From positions 136,554 through 200,553 of the forward strand of contig JBGANV010000010.1 of NCBI GenBank assembly GCA_044222185.1: 64,000 nucleotides of DNA, in the 5' to 3' direction. The first letter of the stretch is position 1. Each line of letters opens with the position of its first letter. This DNA comes from Planctomycetota bacterium (GTDB taxonomy: Bacteria > Planctomycetota > GCA-002687715 > CAIWVZ01). A model generated the notes under the pieces. The model was not told the DNA's origin, searched no databases, and saw only the letters and a list, made by a program, of their open reading frames with translations. Position numbers and translations under genes: made by a program. Of the stretch, positions 38,250-46,856 are shown piece after piece.

Positions 38250-38495
38250 TCAGTTGGGCACGGTCTGGGTGGTGCTCCAGATGAGCGTGTCTCCGCAGTA
38301 TGCGTAGATGTAGACCTTCGACCCGTAGTCCATGGGTTCTGCCGTGAAGTCCTCACTCCCGGGCACGGTGGCGAATCTCGTTGTGGTCGCCGAGTACATC
38401 ACGACGACGAGCTTGACCGGGTTGCAATCCGCCGAAGTGACCGACACCGTCATCGTGTGCGCGTTCCAAGTGACGTTGATTACTGGATTCGCCAT
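38250..38495 (-). CDS. Small hypothetical protein (81 aa)
   Basis: Strong AGGAGGT RBS; beta-rich composition unlike GC shadow ORFs; two Cys. Confidence 0.75.
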   Translation of the reverse strand: MANPVINVTWNAHTMTVSVTSADCNPVKLVVVMYSATTTRFATVPGSEDFTAEPMDYGSKVYIYAYCGDTLIWSTTQTVPN

Positions 38496-38756
38496 CCCGC
38501 ACCTCCTGTCCAGGAGGATCGATGAGGCTCACTCCAATCTGATGCACCGGATTCCGATACCGAGCGCCTGACAGGGTAGAGGACGGGGCCTGCGGGTCTG
38601 TTACGCACTGAGCTGAACGCGCCGCTGCTACGCCCGAACGCGAGTCGACAGGATGCGAGTGAGGGTGTTTCGATCCCCCTTCGCCGACGAGAATAGGCGA
38701 CTTCCCCGGCGACTGTCAACACACGAGCACGATCGGCGGGGCTGGCCCCGCCAGCC

Positions 38757-40193
38757 TCATTGGATCCGGAATGCCGTCGGTGCGGACAAGCCGAACGTAG
38801 GCCCGAGCTGGATCGCCTGGGCGTATATCGTCATGGCCGCGGTACTCGCGGGGATCACGAACGGCGTCGTATTCGCCGTGCCATTTGCGTCCGAAGCTCC
38901 GGTGCGGAGTAGCGTTGCGAACGGCTCTTGGAGTGTCACGAGAAGCAGCGCGTCGAACGGGCTGATGATCAAGTTGTTGTATCCACCCGTTCCAACGACA
39001 TATCCGGTGCCACCAGAGAGCGTCGTTCCGAAGAGGACCCCGGCGTAACGGTTCGAGCCTCCCGACAAGTTGCGCACGGAGAATGACAGGCTCTGGCCCT
39101 GGTTGATGATGCCCGTCGACGCGTTCGGACCGTTGGCATCGACCGTGATCGCCGAGCCCGTCGGAAGTGTTGCGGTCGATATCGCCAACGCGTCCATGGC
39201 TACCTGGTTGGCGGAGTTTCCGGCCGTCGTGAGCTTGCCGCAGGTGGTGCACGTACCCTGCACGGCGGCCCAGACGTAGGTATTTCCAGCCGGGTTGGAC
39301 GCCGGGTGCGTGCACAGGACGTTCTCGTCCGAGTACGCATGGAAGACGATGTGCGGCCGGAATCCGCCGTTCCAGACGTGCAGCGGGTCCCAGTTGTTGA
39401 CGGCCGGCGGCGAACCCGGTTGGAGGTCGAAATCACGAACCTCCGTCAGCGTGTAGCCCGTGAACACGGCATTCGTGACGACGGAGAGGTCCGATGCCCG
39501 GTACACGAGGACGGCCGGGATTGCGCCATAGGGCTGGCGGATTGCGAAGATGTCCGCGCCGTTCCAGCCGCCCGCGAGAGTGCCGGGACCGCCGGTCAGC
39601 GGGTTGATCACGTTCGTCGCCGTGCCCGTGCCGAAGAAGCTCACGAGCGCCGTTCCGTCGGGCATCTCGGCATAGCCGTCCACGTTCAACGCCTGCCCGG
39701 ATGCGCCCATGGCCTGCTGTAGTTGGGCCCGCGAGAGCACGGTCGTCCACGTTCCCTGCCCCGTGAGCCGGATGACGTCGCCACTCGTGATGACGGCCTG
39801 GCTGAATTGGTTCAGGAGGTCGTAGGCCAGAGAGATCCGGAAGTCGAACGGCGTCGGCGCGAGTTGCGTGTTCGTCCACACGAGGTGCATCGCGTCGATG
39901 TTCACCCAGTCGTTCGGCACCAGATCGCCGTCGCGGTCCCCCAGGATGGCGCCGAACGCCTCGGCGCTGTACAGCGACTTGATGCCGTTCGACCAGCCCT
40001 GCGTGTACGTGAGGATTTCGCCCGTCGTCAGTGCGGGGTTCCCGGGGCAACCGATGGAGGTCACTCCCGTGTTCTGGAGGGCGTCGAGGGACTGGAAGAT
40101 CGTCCCGCCTGCGTACTGCGCCGATGCGACTGGATCTACGCAAGCGATGGCGAGAATGAGCAGAGCGATGCGAGCAGCGGTGTTGGTTGTCAT
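38757..40193 (-). CDS. Secreted hypothetical protein
   Basis: GAGGTG RBS, signal peptide MTTNTAARIALLILAIACVDPVASAQ, T/G/N-rich body. Confidence 0.85.
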   Translation of the reverse strand: MTTNTAARIALLILAIACVDPVASAQYAGGTIFQSLDALQNTGVTSIGCPGNPALTTGEILTYTQGWSNGIKSLYSAEAFGAILGDRDGDLVPNDWVNIDAMHLVWTNTQLAPTPFDFRISLAYDLLNQFSQAVITSGDVIRLTGQGTWTTVLSRAQLQQAMGASGQALNVDGYAEMPDGTALVSFFGTGTATNVINPLTGGPGTLAGGWNGADIFAIRQPYGAIPAVLVYRASDLSVVTNAVFTGYTLTEVRDFDLQPGSPPAVNNWDPLHVWNGGFRPHIVFHAYSDENVLCTHPASNPAGNTYVWAAVQGTCTTCGKLTTAGNSANQVAMDALAISTATLPTGSAITVDANGPNASTGIINQGQSLSFSVRNLSGGSNRYAGVLFGTTLSGGTGYVVGTGGYNNLIISPFDALLLVTLQEPFATLLRTGASDANGTANTTPFVIPASTAAMTIYAQAIQLGPTFGLSAPTAFRIQ

Positions 40194-40381
40194 TCGATCA
40201 CCTCGAGCCCGGGTCCTGGTCAGCCGCTCGGGGGCCGGCGCCGAGGGAAGGGCAGTCCGGCCGGGCGGGACAGGCGGCGAGCATAACGATCGCGTCGAAG
40301 TGGACCAAAGCCGCCTGCGGCCGCGGCAGCGCGCGCTTGTGCCGCATTCGTCCGGCGGCGATCCTTGCGCTCCCATGGGAT

Positions 40382-41599
40382 TTGCAGAGATCTCGTGACG
40401 CCGCCCGTCGCAAGATCCAGTGCCCCCAGAGCCTTTCGGGAGATTCCACCACGAAACGAAAAGTCGCATTCATCACGGATACGACGACTCACGCTGGACC
40501 GGATCGCCAGGTCCTGCACCTCGTCCGGCGCATGGACCTGGATCGGTTCGCCCCGCTGGTGGCCTGTCTCCACGACCCCGGTCCGATCGCGGAGAAGATC
40601 CAGCACGCCGGTACGACCGTCATCGGATTGGACCTTCCGTCGGATGCCGGAGGCCAGGGCCGCGTCGCACGCTTCCTGGCGTTCAACCGGCTGCTGCGAC
40701 TCCTGCGACGGTTCGCCCCCGACATCGTCGTCGTCGCGGGCGAGGCGTTTCAGGCCCTGGGACGGGTGGCGGCACGAATCGCCGGAGTTCCCATCATCGT
40801 CGGGACGCACCGTCGCCATCGAGGCGGTGCCTGGCGACCCGGATTCCTGGACCGCCACGGAGCGAAAGCCGTCGACGCGATCGTCGCGCCCACGCGGGCG
40901 CTCGCGGACGAGGCGGTGAGGCTCGAAGGTGTCTCGGTCGATCGTGTCCACGTGATCCCAAACGTGGTCGAGTTCGCCGAGGTGCGGGGCAAGGAGCGAG
41001 CCGAGGATCTTCTCGAGCCCAAGTTCCGGGCTGCGGTGCTCACGCGGCTCGAGGCGGGGCGTGGCATCGACACGATCATCGAGGCGGCCGCGTTCGTCCG
41101 CGACCAGGTCCCGGAACTCGAGTGGATCGTCTGCGGCACCGGAGCCGACCCGATTCCGTTCCTGCGGGCGGCGCAGCGTCGCGGCGTCGAGGCACAGGTC
41201 AAGTTTCCCGGCGAGCGCGACCACATCGGGGAATTCCTCGCGGGGATCGACCTCCTGGTCGCGCCCGCGGACTGCGGCGGGCAGAGCGTCGCCGTCCTGG
41301 AGGCGTTGGCCGCGGGCGTGCCGGTCCTCGCTGCCAGGAACCCGAGTCTGGCGGAGACGGTCGACGCCGATGCAATCGCGTACTTCGAACCTGGCGACGC
41401 GAAGGGCCTCGCAGCTGAAGCCACGCGGCTGTTCACCGATCATGCGGCCCGCGCGCGACTTGCGGCGGCGGGACGACGGACATCCGCGAGGTTTCGCCTG
41501 GAGGCTTCCGTGATCGCCTGGCACGACCTGTTCGCGGCCCTCGCATCTGCCGCGCTGGCGCGCGCGGGCCTTGGGAGCGAATCGACGGGGCGCACGTAA
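40382..41599 (+). CDS. Glycosyltransferase family 4 (GT-B)
   Basis: KVAFIT, VHVIPN, VKFPGER, VLEALAAGVPVLA, FEPGD. Start uncertain (TTG 40382 chosen). Confidence 0.85.
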   Translation: MQRSRDAARRKIQCPQSLSGDSTTKRKVAFITDTTTHAGPDRQVLHLVRRMDLDRFAPLVACLHDPGPIAEKIQHAGTTVIGLDLPSDAGGQGRVARFLAFNRLLRLLRRFAPDIVVVAGEAFQALGRVAARIAGVPIIVGTHRRHRGGAWRPGFLDRHGAKAVDAIVAPTRALADEAVRLEGVSVDRVHVIPNVVEFAEVRGKERAEDLLEPKFRAAVLTRLEAGRGIDTIIEAAAFVRDQVPELEWIVCGTGADPIPFLRAAQRRGVEAQVKFPGERDHIGEFLAGIDLLVAPADCGGQSVAVLEALAAGVPVLAARNPSLAETVDADAIAYFEPGDAKGLAAEATRLFTDHAARARLAAAGRRTSARFRLEASVIAWHDLFAALASAALARAGLGSESTGRT

Positions 41600-41623
41600 C
41601 GGATGGCTGCGAGGATTCAGCCC

Positions 41624-42823
41624 ATGACCAAACCCACGATGAGTGCGCTGGTGCTCTCCGCGTTCTTCGCTTTGGCCTTCGCGTCGGTGGCCCAGGACAC
41701 CACGGCCCCGACGCCCACCGCCCAACGACCGGTTCTCGGCGTCGAAATCGTGTCGGGCGAGGGCGACGGAGTGGTCGTCGAAGTGGTCCGCCCGGGAACG
41801 CCCGCGGAAAAGGCGGGCGTGAAGTCCGGTGACCACATCGTGAAGTTCGGTGACGTGGCCGTCGACTCGGACGACGCACTCATCACGGCGTTGACGCACA
41901 CCAAGCCCGGCGCCACCGTCAAGCTCGGCATCGAGCGGGACGGCAAGCCGCTCACGCTCGGGGTGACGTTCCCCGGAGGCGACTCGGCTGCGCTGGGTGG
42001 CACGAAGATCGGCGAAGCTCGCACGGCGAAGACCCCCGAGCATTCATTTACCTGGGTCACCCCGGAAGACGGCGCGACGGGCGCCAAGCCGGCCGAGCGC
42101 ACGTTCAAGTTGCTGACCCCGAGCGACGGCCCGGCCGTCGTCGTGAAGTCCGACGACGAGAGTCTGCGCAAGGCCGTGGACTCGCTCGAGAAGGCGCTCG
42201 CGATCCTGGACGGAAAGGGTGGCCCTGCGCAGGTCGCGAAGGCGCGCGAGGTCGTCTCGCAAGCGCTCGACTCGGTCCGCGCGGCGCGCAAGGCTATGAC
42301 CACGTTCGGGCCTGGCCAGGTCGTGCACGTCTCACCGTCGGGCCCGGCCGCCCCTCCGGTGCCCGCCACGCCGCCGTCACGTCACGGCGACGTCCGCGTC
42401 CACGACGATGACGACGACGATGGCGATACGGAAGTGGATCCGTCGAAGGTCGACGCGAAGGTCAGAAGCCTGATCGAGCACGGCAAGTCCGCGGCCGACG
42501 TGGAGGCAGAACTCCGCAAGATGTTCCCGGGTGCGAAGGTCAAGGTGGCGGTCGACGGGTCGAGCGACCACGCGGAGGCGCACGATTCGCACTCCTCGTC
42601 GGATTCGTCGTCGTCGAGCTCGCACGAGGAGTCCTCGTCCAAGTCGCCCAAGCCCCGCAAGGCCAAGCTCAAGATCGCGACGCCCGCGCCGCCTGCGGCC
42701 GATCCAGCCACGCCGGTCGCGCCGGATGCGCCGCCGACCCCGGCTCCCTCCGCGCCGAAGCCCGCGAAGGCCGCGACGACCATCGAGAAGGTCATGAAGC
42801 CGAGCGAGAAAGAGGACGGCTGA
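41624..42823 (+). CDS. Secreted PDZ-domain protein with low-complexity C-terminus
   Basis: Signal peptide; VLGVEI...VVVEVVRPGTPAEKAGVKSGDHIVKF...IERDGK. Confidence 0.85.
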   Translation: MTKPTMSALVLSAFFALAFASVAQDTTAPTPTAQRPVLGVEIVSGEGDGVVVEVVRPGTPAEKAGVKSGDHIVKFGDVAVDSDDALITALTHTKPGATVKLGIERDGKPLTLGVTFPGGDSAALGGTKIGEARTAKTPEHSFTWVTPEDGATGAKPAERTFKLLTPSDGPAVVVKSDDESLRKAVDSLEKALAILDGKGGPAQVAKAREVVSQALDSVRAARKAMTTFGPGQVVHVSPSGPAAPPVPATPPSRHGDVRVHDDDDDDGDTEVDPSKVDAKVRSLIEHGKSAADVEAELRKMFPGAKVKVAVDGSSDHAEAHDSHSSSDSSSSSSHEESSSKSPKPRKAKLKIATPAPPAADPATPVAPDAPPTPAPSAPKPAKAATTIEKVMKPSEKEDG

Positions 42824-42868
42824 CACGCCGCTCGGGCGCGCATCCAACTGATAGGATCGCGCGCCCCA

Positions 42869-45800
42869 ATGAAACCCGCGCGCGATGGAAGTCGATCGAC
42901 CTGGCGGCTCCGGGTCGACACGGGCGGCACCTTCACCGACTGCCTCGCGGTGGCGCCCGACGGAACGGTGCGCCGCGCCAAGGTGCTCAGCAGTGCCACT
43001 CTTCGAGCCTCCGTCACCCGCGTCGACGGCTGTGACCTCGACGTCGCCGTCGATCCTGAATTGCCGGACGGCTTCTTCGTCGGCGCCCGCATTCGCGCGC
43101 TGGGCACTCCCGCCGGGGACGTTCCGGCCCCGCGCGTAATCGCCTATGACGCGGCGCGCCGGCGGCTTCGGCTCGATCGCACGCTCGGCGTCTCGTCGAC
43201 CGATGCCATCGTCGAGATCGCCTCGGACGAGGAGGCCCCCGTCCTCGCGGCCCGTGTGGTCACCAGGACGCCGATGGGCGACCCACTGCCGCGCCTCGAG
43301 ATGCGGCTCGCGACGACGCGCGGAACGAACGCGTTGCTCGAACACCGCGTCGCGAAGACGGTCCTCTTCGTCACGCGCGGGTTTCGCGACCTCTTGCGCA
43401 TCGGTACGCAGCAGCGCCCCGACCTGTTCGTGCTCGACATCAGGCGACCGGAGCCGCTGACCGAGTCCATCGCCGAGGTCGACGAGCGGGTGGATGCCGC
43501 AGGGACGATCCTGCAGCCGTTGGATGTGGCGACGATCGATCCCGCCGCACGCGCCGCACTCGCGCGCGGCGTCCGGGTCGCCGCGGTTGCTCTGCTCCAC
43601 GCCTGGATCAACCCCGAGCACGAGCGCCGGCTCGCAGAACGTCTGCGCGGGCTCGGATTCACGCACGTGTCCGTCTCGCACGAGCTCGCGCCATTCATCC
43701 AGTTGCTGCCGCGGGCACAGACGACGGTGGTCGACGCCTGCCTGAATCCGATCGTGCGCGACTACCTGGAGAGCATCCGGTTCTCGCTTGGCGACTCGAA
43801 CCTCCTCGTCATGACGAGCGCGGGCGGCCTCGTGAGCGCGGGCGCGTTTGCGCCAAAGGACAGCCTCCTGTCGGGGCCGGCCGGCGGGGTCGTCGGTGCG
43901 CGAGCGGCGGGGCGAGCGGCCGGGTTCGAGCGGATCATCGGATTCGACATGGGCGGCACGAGTACGGACGTCGCGCGCATCGACGGCGACTTCGAGTATC
44001 AATTCGAGCATTCCGTTGCGGGGATCACGCTCGTCGCGCCAGCGCTCGCCATCGAGAGCGTGGCGGCGGGCGGTGGTTCCATTTGCGACGTGCAAGAGGG
44101 GCGCCTCGTCGTCGGACCTCGAAGCGCGGGCGCATCACCCGGCCCGGCCTGCTATGGCGCTGGCGGCCCGTTGACAGTCACCGACGTCAACCTGCTGCTC
44201 GGACGACTGGACCCCGCGAGCTTCTCCGTGCCCGTCGATCGGATCGCCGCCGAGGAGGCGGCTCGTGGCGCCGCGGGGCGATTCGCCAGTGAATTCGGCC
44301 GACCGACCGAGGCGGACGTCCTTCTCGAGGGGTTCCTGGAAATCGCGAACGAGCGGATGGCCGAAGCGATCCGCGACGTTTCACTCCGGCGGGGATACGA
44401 CCCACGAGGCTACGCTCTGCTCGCGTTCGGAGGAGCGGGCGGCCAGCATGCCTGCGCCGTGGCGGAGCGACTCGGGATCGCGACCGTGGTCGTGCCGCCG
44501 GATGCGGGGCTCCTCAGCGCCCGAGGCCTGGGTCAGGCCGCCATCGAGAGATTCGCCGAACGCCAGGTGCTGCGGCGCCTCGACGAACTGGGCGATGCGC
44601 TCACGGGCCTGCTCGATTCGCTCGCAAGCGAAGCTCTCACGGCACTGGGGAACGAGACCGTGCGCGGCCCCTTGCCGACGATCCGGCGTCGAGTCGCCGA
44701 GTTGCGATTCGCGGGCCAGGACTCCGTCGTCGCCGTCGAGATGGGCGAACCCGCGCGACTGCGCGCCGAGTTCGAGGAGCGCCATCAGACACTCTTCGGC
44801 CACTGCCCCCGTGATCGCGCCGTGGAACTGGTGTCGCTCCGCGTCGTGGCTTCCGCCGAGCCGAGCGACGAGGTCGGAGACGCGGCTTCGGTGACCGGCG
44901 GTGTGCGCGCCGGAAAAACGGTCCGTCTGCGCGCCCGCGGTGCGTGGGTGGATGCGTCCGTGCATGCGCGTGATGCTCTGCGCGCTGGCGACGTCGTCGC
45001 CGGTCCGGCCGTCGTGAGCGAGGCCCACGGTGCGACCGTCGTCGAGCCTGGGTGGCGACTACGCGTGGTCGCGTCCGGCGCGCTCGTCGTCGAGGCCGTC
45101 GGCGCGACCGTGAGACTCGACCCGGCGATCAGGGATCAGGCCATCGAGCGCGAGCTCTTCACGAGCCGGTTTCGCGCCATCGCCCTCGAGATGGGGGAGA
45201 CGCTGCGCCGCACGGCGGTGTCGACGAACATCAAGGAGCGGCTGGACTTCTCCTGCGCGGTTCTCGATCCGGCCGGCAGGCTCGTCGTCAACGCGCCGCA
45301 CATCCCCGTGCACCTGGGTGCGCTCGGCCTCTGCGTGCGCGAGTTGATGCGGACGCGTCCGATCGAGCCGGGTGACGTGTGGGTGACCAACCACCCTGGT
45401 TTCGGTGGATCCCATCTGCCCGACGTGACCGTCATCACTCCCGTGCATTCCGGCGACGGGAATCTCGCAGGCTTCGTCGCCAGCCGGGCGCACCACGCCG
45501 AGATCGGCGGTGCGACCCCGGGCTCCATGCCTCCCGAGGCTCGCCGGCTCGTGGACGAAGCCGTCGTCCTGGCGCCCGTCCGGATCGTCCGTGCCGGTCG
45601 GTGGTGCGGTGACGACGTTCGTGCACTGCTCTCGGCCGCGCCCCACCCTTCGCGGTGTGTGGACGACAACATGGCGGACCTGGACGCGGCCGTGGCTGCG
45701 AATCGTCGCGGTGCCGCGCAGCTCATCGGCCTCGTCGAAGCGCACGGGCTGTCTCGGGTCCACGGGCAGATGGCAGCGCTTGCGGACTACGCGGCCGATC

Positions 45801-46699
45801 GCGTGCGTGCCGCGCTGCGACGCCGCGGCCCGGGTCGATTCGAAGCCCTCGAACGGCTCGACGACGGCTGGGTGATTCGTGTGGCGATCACCATCGGCGA
45901 CGGTGACGCGACGGTCGACTTCACGGGAACGTCGCCCGTGCATCCCGGCAACCTCAACGCCACGCCCGCGATCGTCCAGAGCTGCGTGGTCTACGTCGTC
46001 CGTCTGCTCGTTGCCGAGCCGCTTCCGCTGAATGAAGGGCTGCTGAGGCCGATCACGATCGTCCTGCCGGAGTGCTTCTTGAACCCGGCGTTCCCGACGG
46101 ATCCTGCGTCGGCCCCGGCCGTCGTCGGAGGCAACACGGAGACGAGCCAGAGGGTCGTCGATGCGCTGCTCTCAGCCCTCGGACTTTGCGCCGGGAGCCA
46201 GGGGACGATGAACAACGTGACGTTCGGCACGGCGTCCCGCAGCTATTACGAGACGGTGTGCGGGGGTGCCGGCGCCGGCCCCGGGTTCGCGGGTGAGAGC
46301 GGGGTCCACACGCACATGACGAACACTCGCATCACGGATCCCGAGACTCTCGAGCACCGGTATCCGGTGCGGATCGACGAATTCTCGCTGCGCCGGGGCT
46401 CCGGGGGGCGCGGAACGTGGCGCGGTGGCGACGGTGTGCGCCGCGCGTATCGGTTCCTCGACCGGATGATGCTCTCGATCGTCAGCCAGCACCGGACGGC
46501 CGGTCCGAGCGGGCTCGAGGGAGGGGAGGCCGGTGCACCGGGCCGGCAGTGTGTCATCCGCGTCGACGGCAGATCCTTCGACCTTCCGGCCATCGGCGGG
46601 TGTGAAGTCGGGCCCGGTGACCGCCTGGTCCTCGAGACGCCGGGCGGCGGCGGATTCGGAACCCCTGCGTCGTCGACTTCGTTTTTGGCCGCGCGCTGA
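42869..46699 (+). CDS. Fused hydantoinase A/B / 5-oxoprolinase (ATP-hydrolysing)
   Basis: VDTGGTFTD, TTRGTNALLE, SGPAGG, FDMGGTSTDV, AFGGAGGQHA, STNIKERLDFSC, HIPVHLG, SQGTMNN, HTHMTNTRITDPE, ETPGGGGFG. Confidence 0.95.
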   Translation: MKPARDGSRSTWRLRVDTGGTFTDCLAVAPDGTVRRAKVLSSATLRASVTRVDGCDLDVAVDPELPDGFFVGARIRALGTPAGDVPAPRVIAYDAARRRLRLDRTLGVSSTDAIVEIASDEEAPVLAARVVTRTPMGDPLPRLEMRLATTRGTNALLEHRVAKTVLFVTRGFRDLLRIGTQQRPDLFVLDIRRPEPLTESIAEVDERVDAAGTILQPLDVATIDPAARAALARGVRVAAVALLHAWINPEHERRLAERLRGLGFTHVSVSHELAPFIQLLPRAQTTVVDACLNPIVRDYLESIRFSLGDSNLLVMTSAGGLVSAGAFAPKDSLLSGPAGGVVGARAAGRAAGFERIIGFDMGGTSTDVARIDGDFEYQFEHSVAGITLVAPALAIESVAAGGGSICDVQEGRLVVGPRSAGASPGPACYGAGGPLTVTDVNLLLGRLDPASFSVPVDRIAAEEAARGAAGRFASEFGRPTEADVLLEGFLEIANERMAEAIRDVSLRRGYDPRGYALLAFGGAGGQHACAVAERLGIATVVVPPDAGLLSARGLGQAAIERFAERQVLRRLDELGDALTGLLDSLASEALTALGNETVRGPLPTIRRRVAELRFAGQDSVVAVEMGEPARLRAEFEERHQTLFGHCPRDRAVELVSLRVVASAEPSDEVGDAASVTGGVRAGKTVRLRARGAWVDASVHARDALRAGDVVAGPAVVSEAHGATVVEPGWRLRVVASGALVVEAVGATVRLDPAIRDQAIERELFTSRFRAIALEMGETLRRTAVSTNIKERLDFSCAVLDPAGRLVVNAPHIPVHLGALGLCVRELMRTRPIEPGDVWVTNHPGFGGSHLPDVTVITPVHSGDGNLAGFVASRAHHAEIGGATPGSMPPEARRLVDEAVVLAPVRIVRAGRWCGDDVRALLSAAPHPSRCVDDNMADLDAAVAANRRGAAQLIGLVEAHGLSRVHGQMAALADYAADRVRAALRRRGPGRFEALERLDDGWVIRVAITIGDGDATVDFTGTSPVHPGNLNATPAIVQSCVVYVVRLLVAEPLPLNEGLLRPITIVLPECFLNPAFPTDPASAPAVVGGNTETSQRVVDALLSALGLCAGSQGTMNNVTFGTASRSYYETVCGGAGAGPGFAGESGVHTHMTNTRITDPETLEHRYPVRIDEFSLRRGSGGRGTWRGGDGVRRAYRFLDRMMLSIVSQHRTAGPSGLEGGEAGAPGRQCVIRVDGRSFDLPAIGGCEVGPGDRLVLETPGGGGFGTPASSTSFLAAR

Positions 46700-46856
46700 C
46701 ACCTTCGCCGCGTTTCCGGCCGGTGGGGCTCACCCTGGGCGGGCGAAGGGGATAAGCTCCCGCCGGCAGGGCGACCCGTCCCCAATCGGGTGCCCTCCGA
46801 CGAAGTAGGTGAGACGCGACGCCCAAGCCCGGTGGCGTCGGGAGTTTGCCGTGCCC

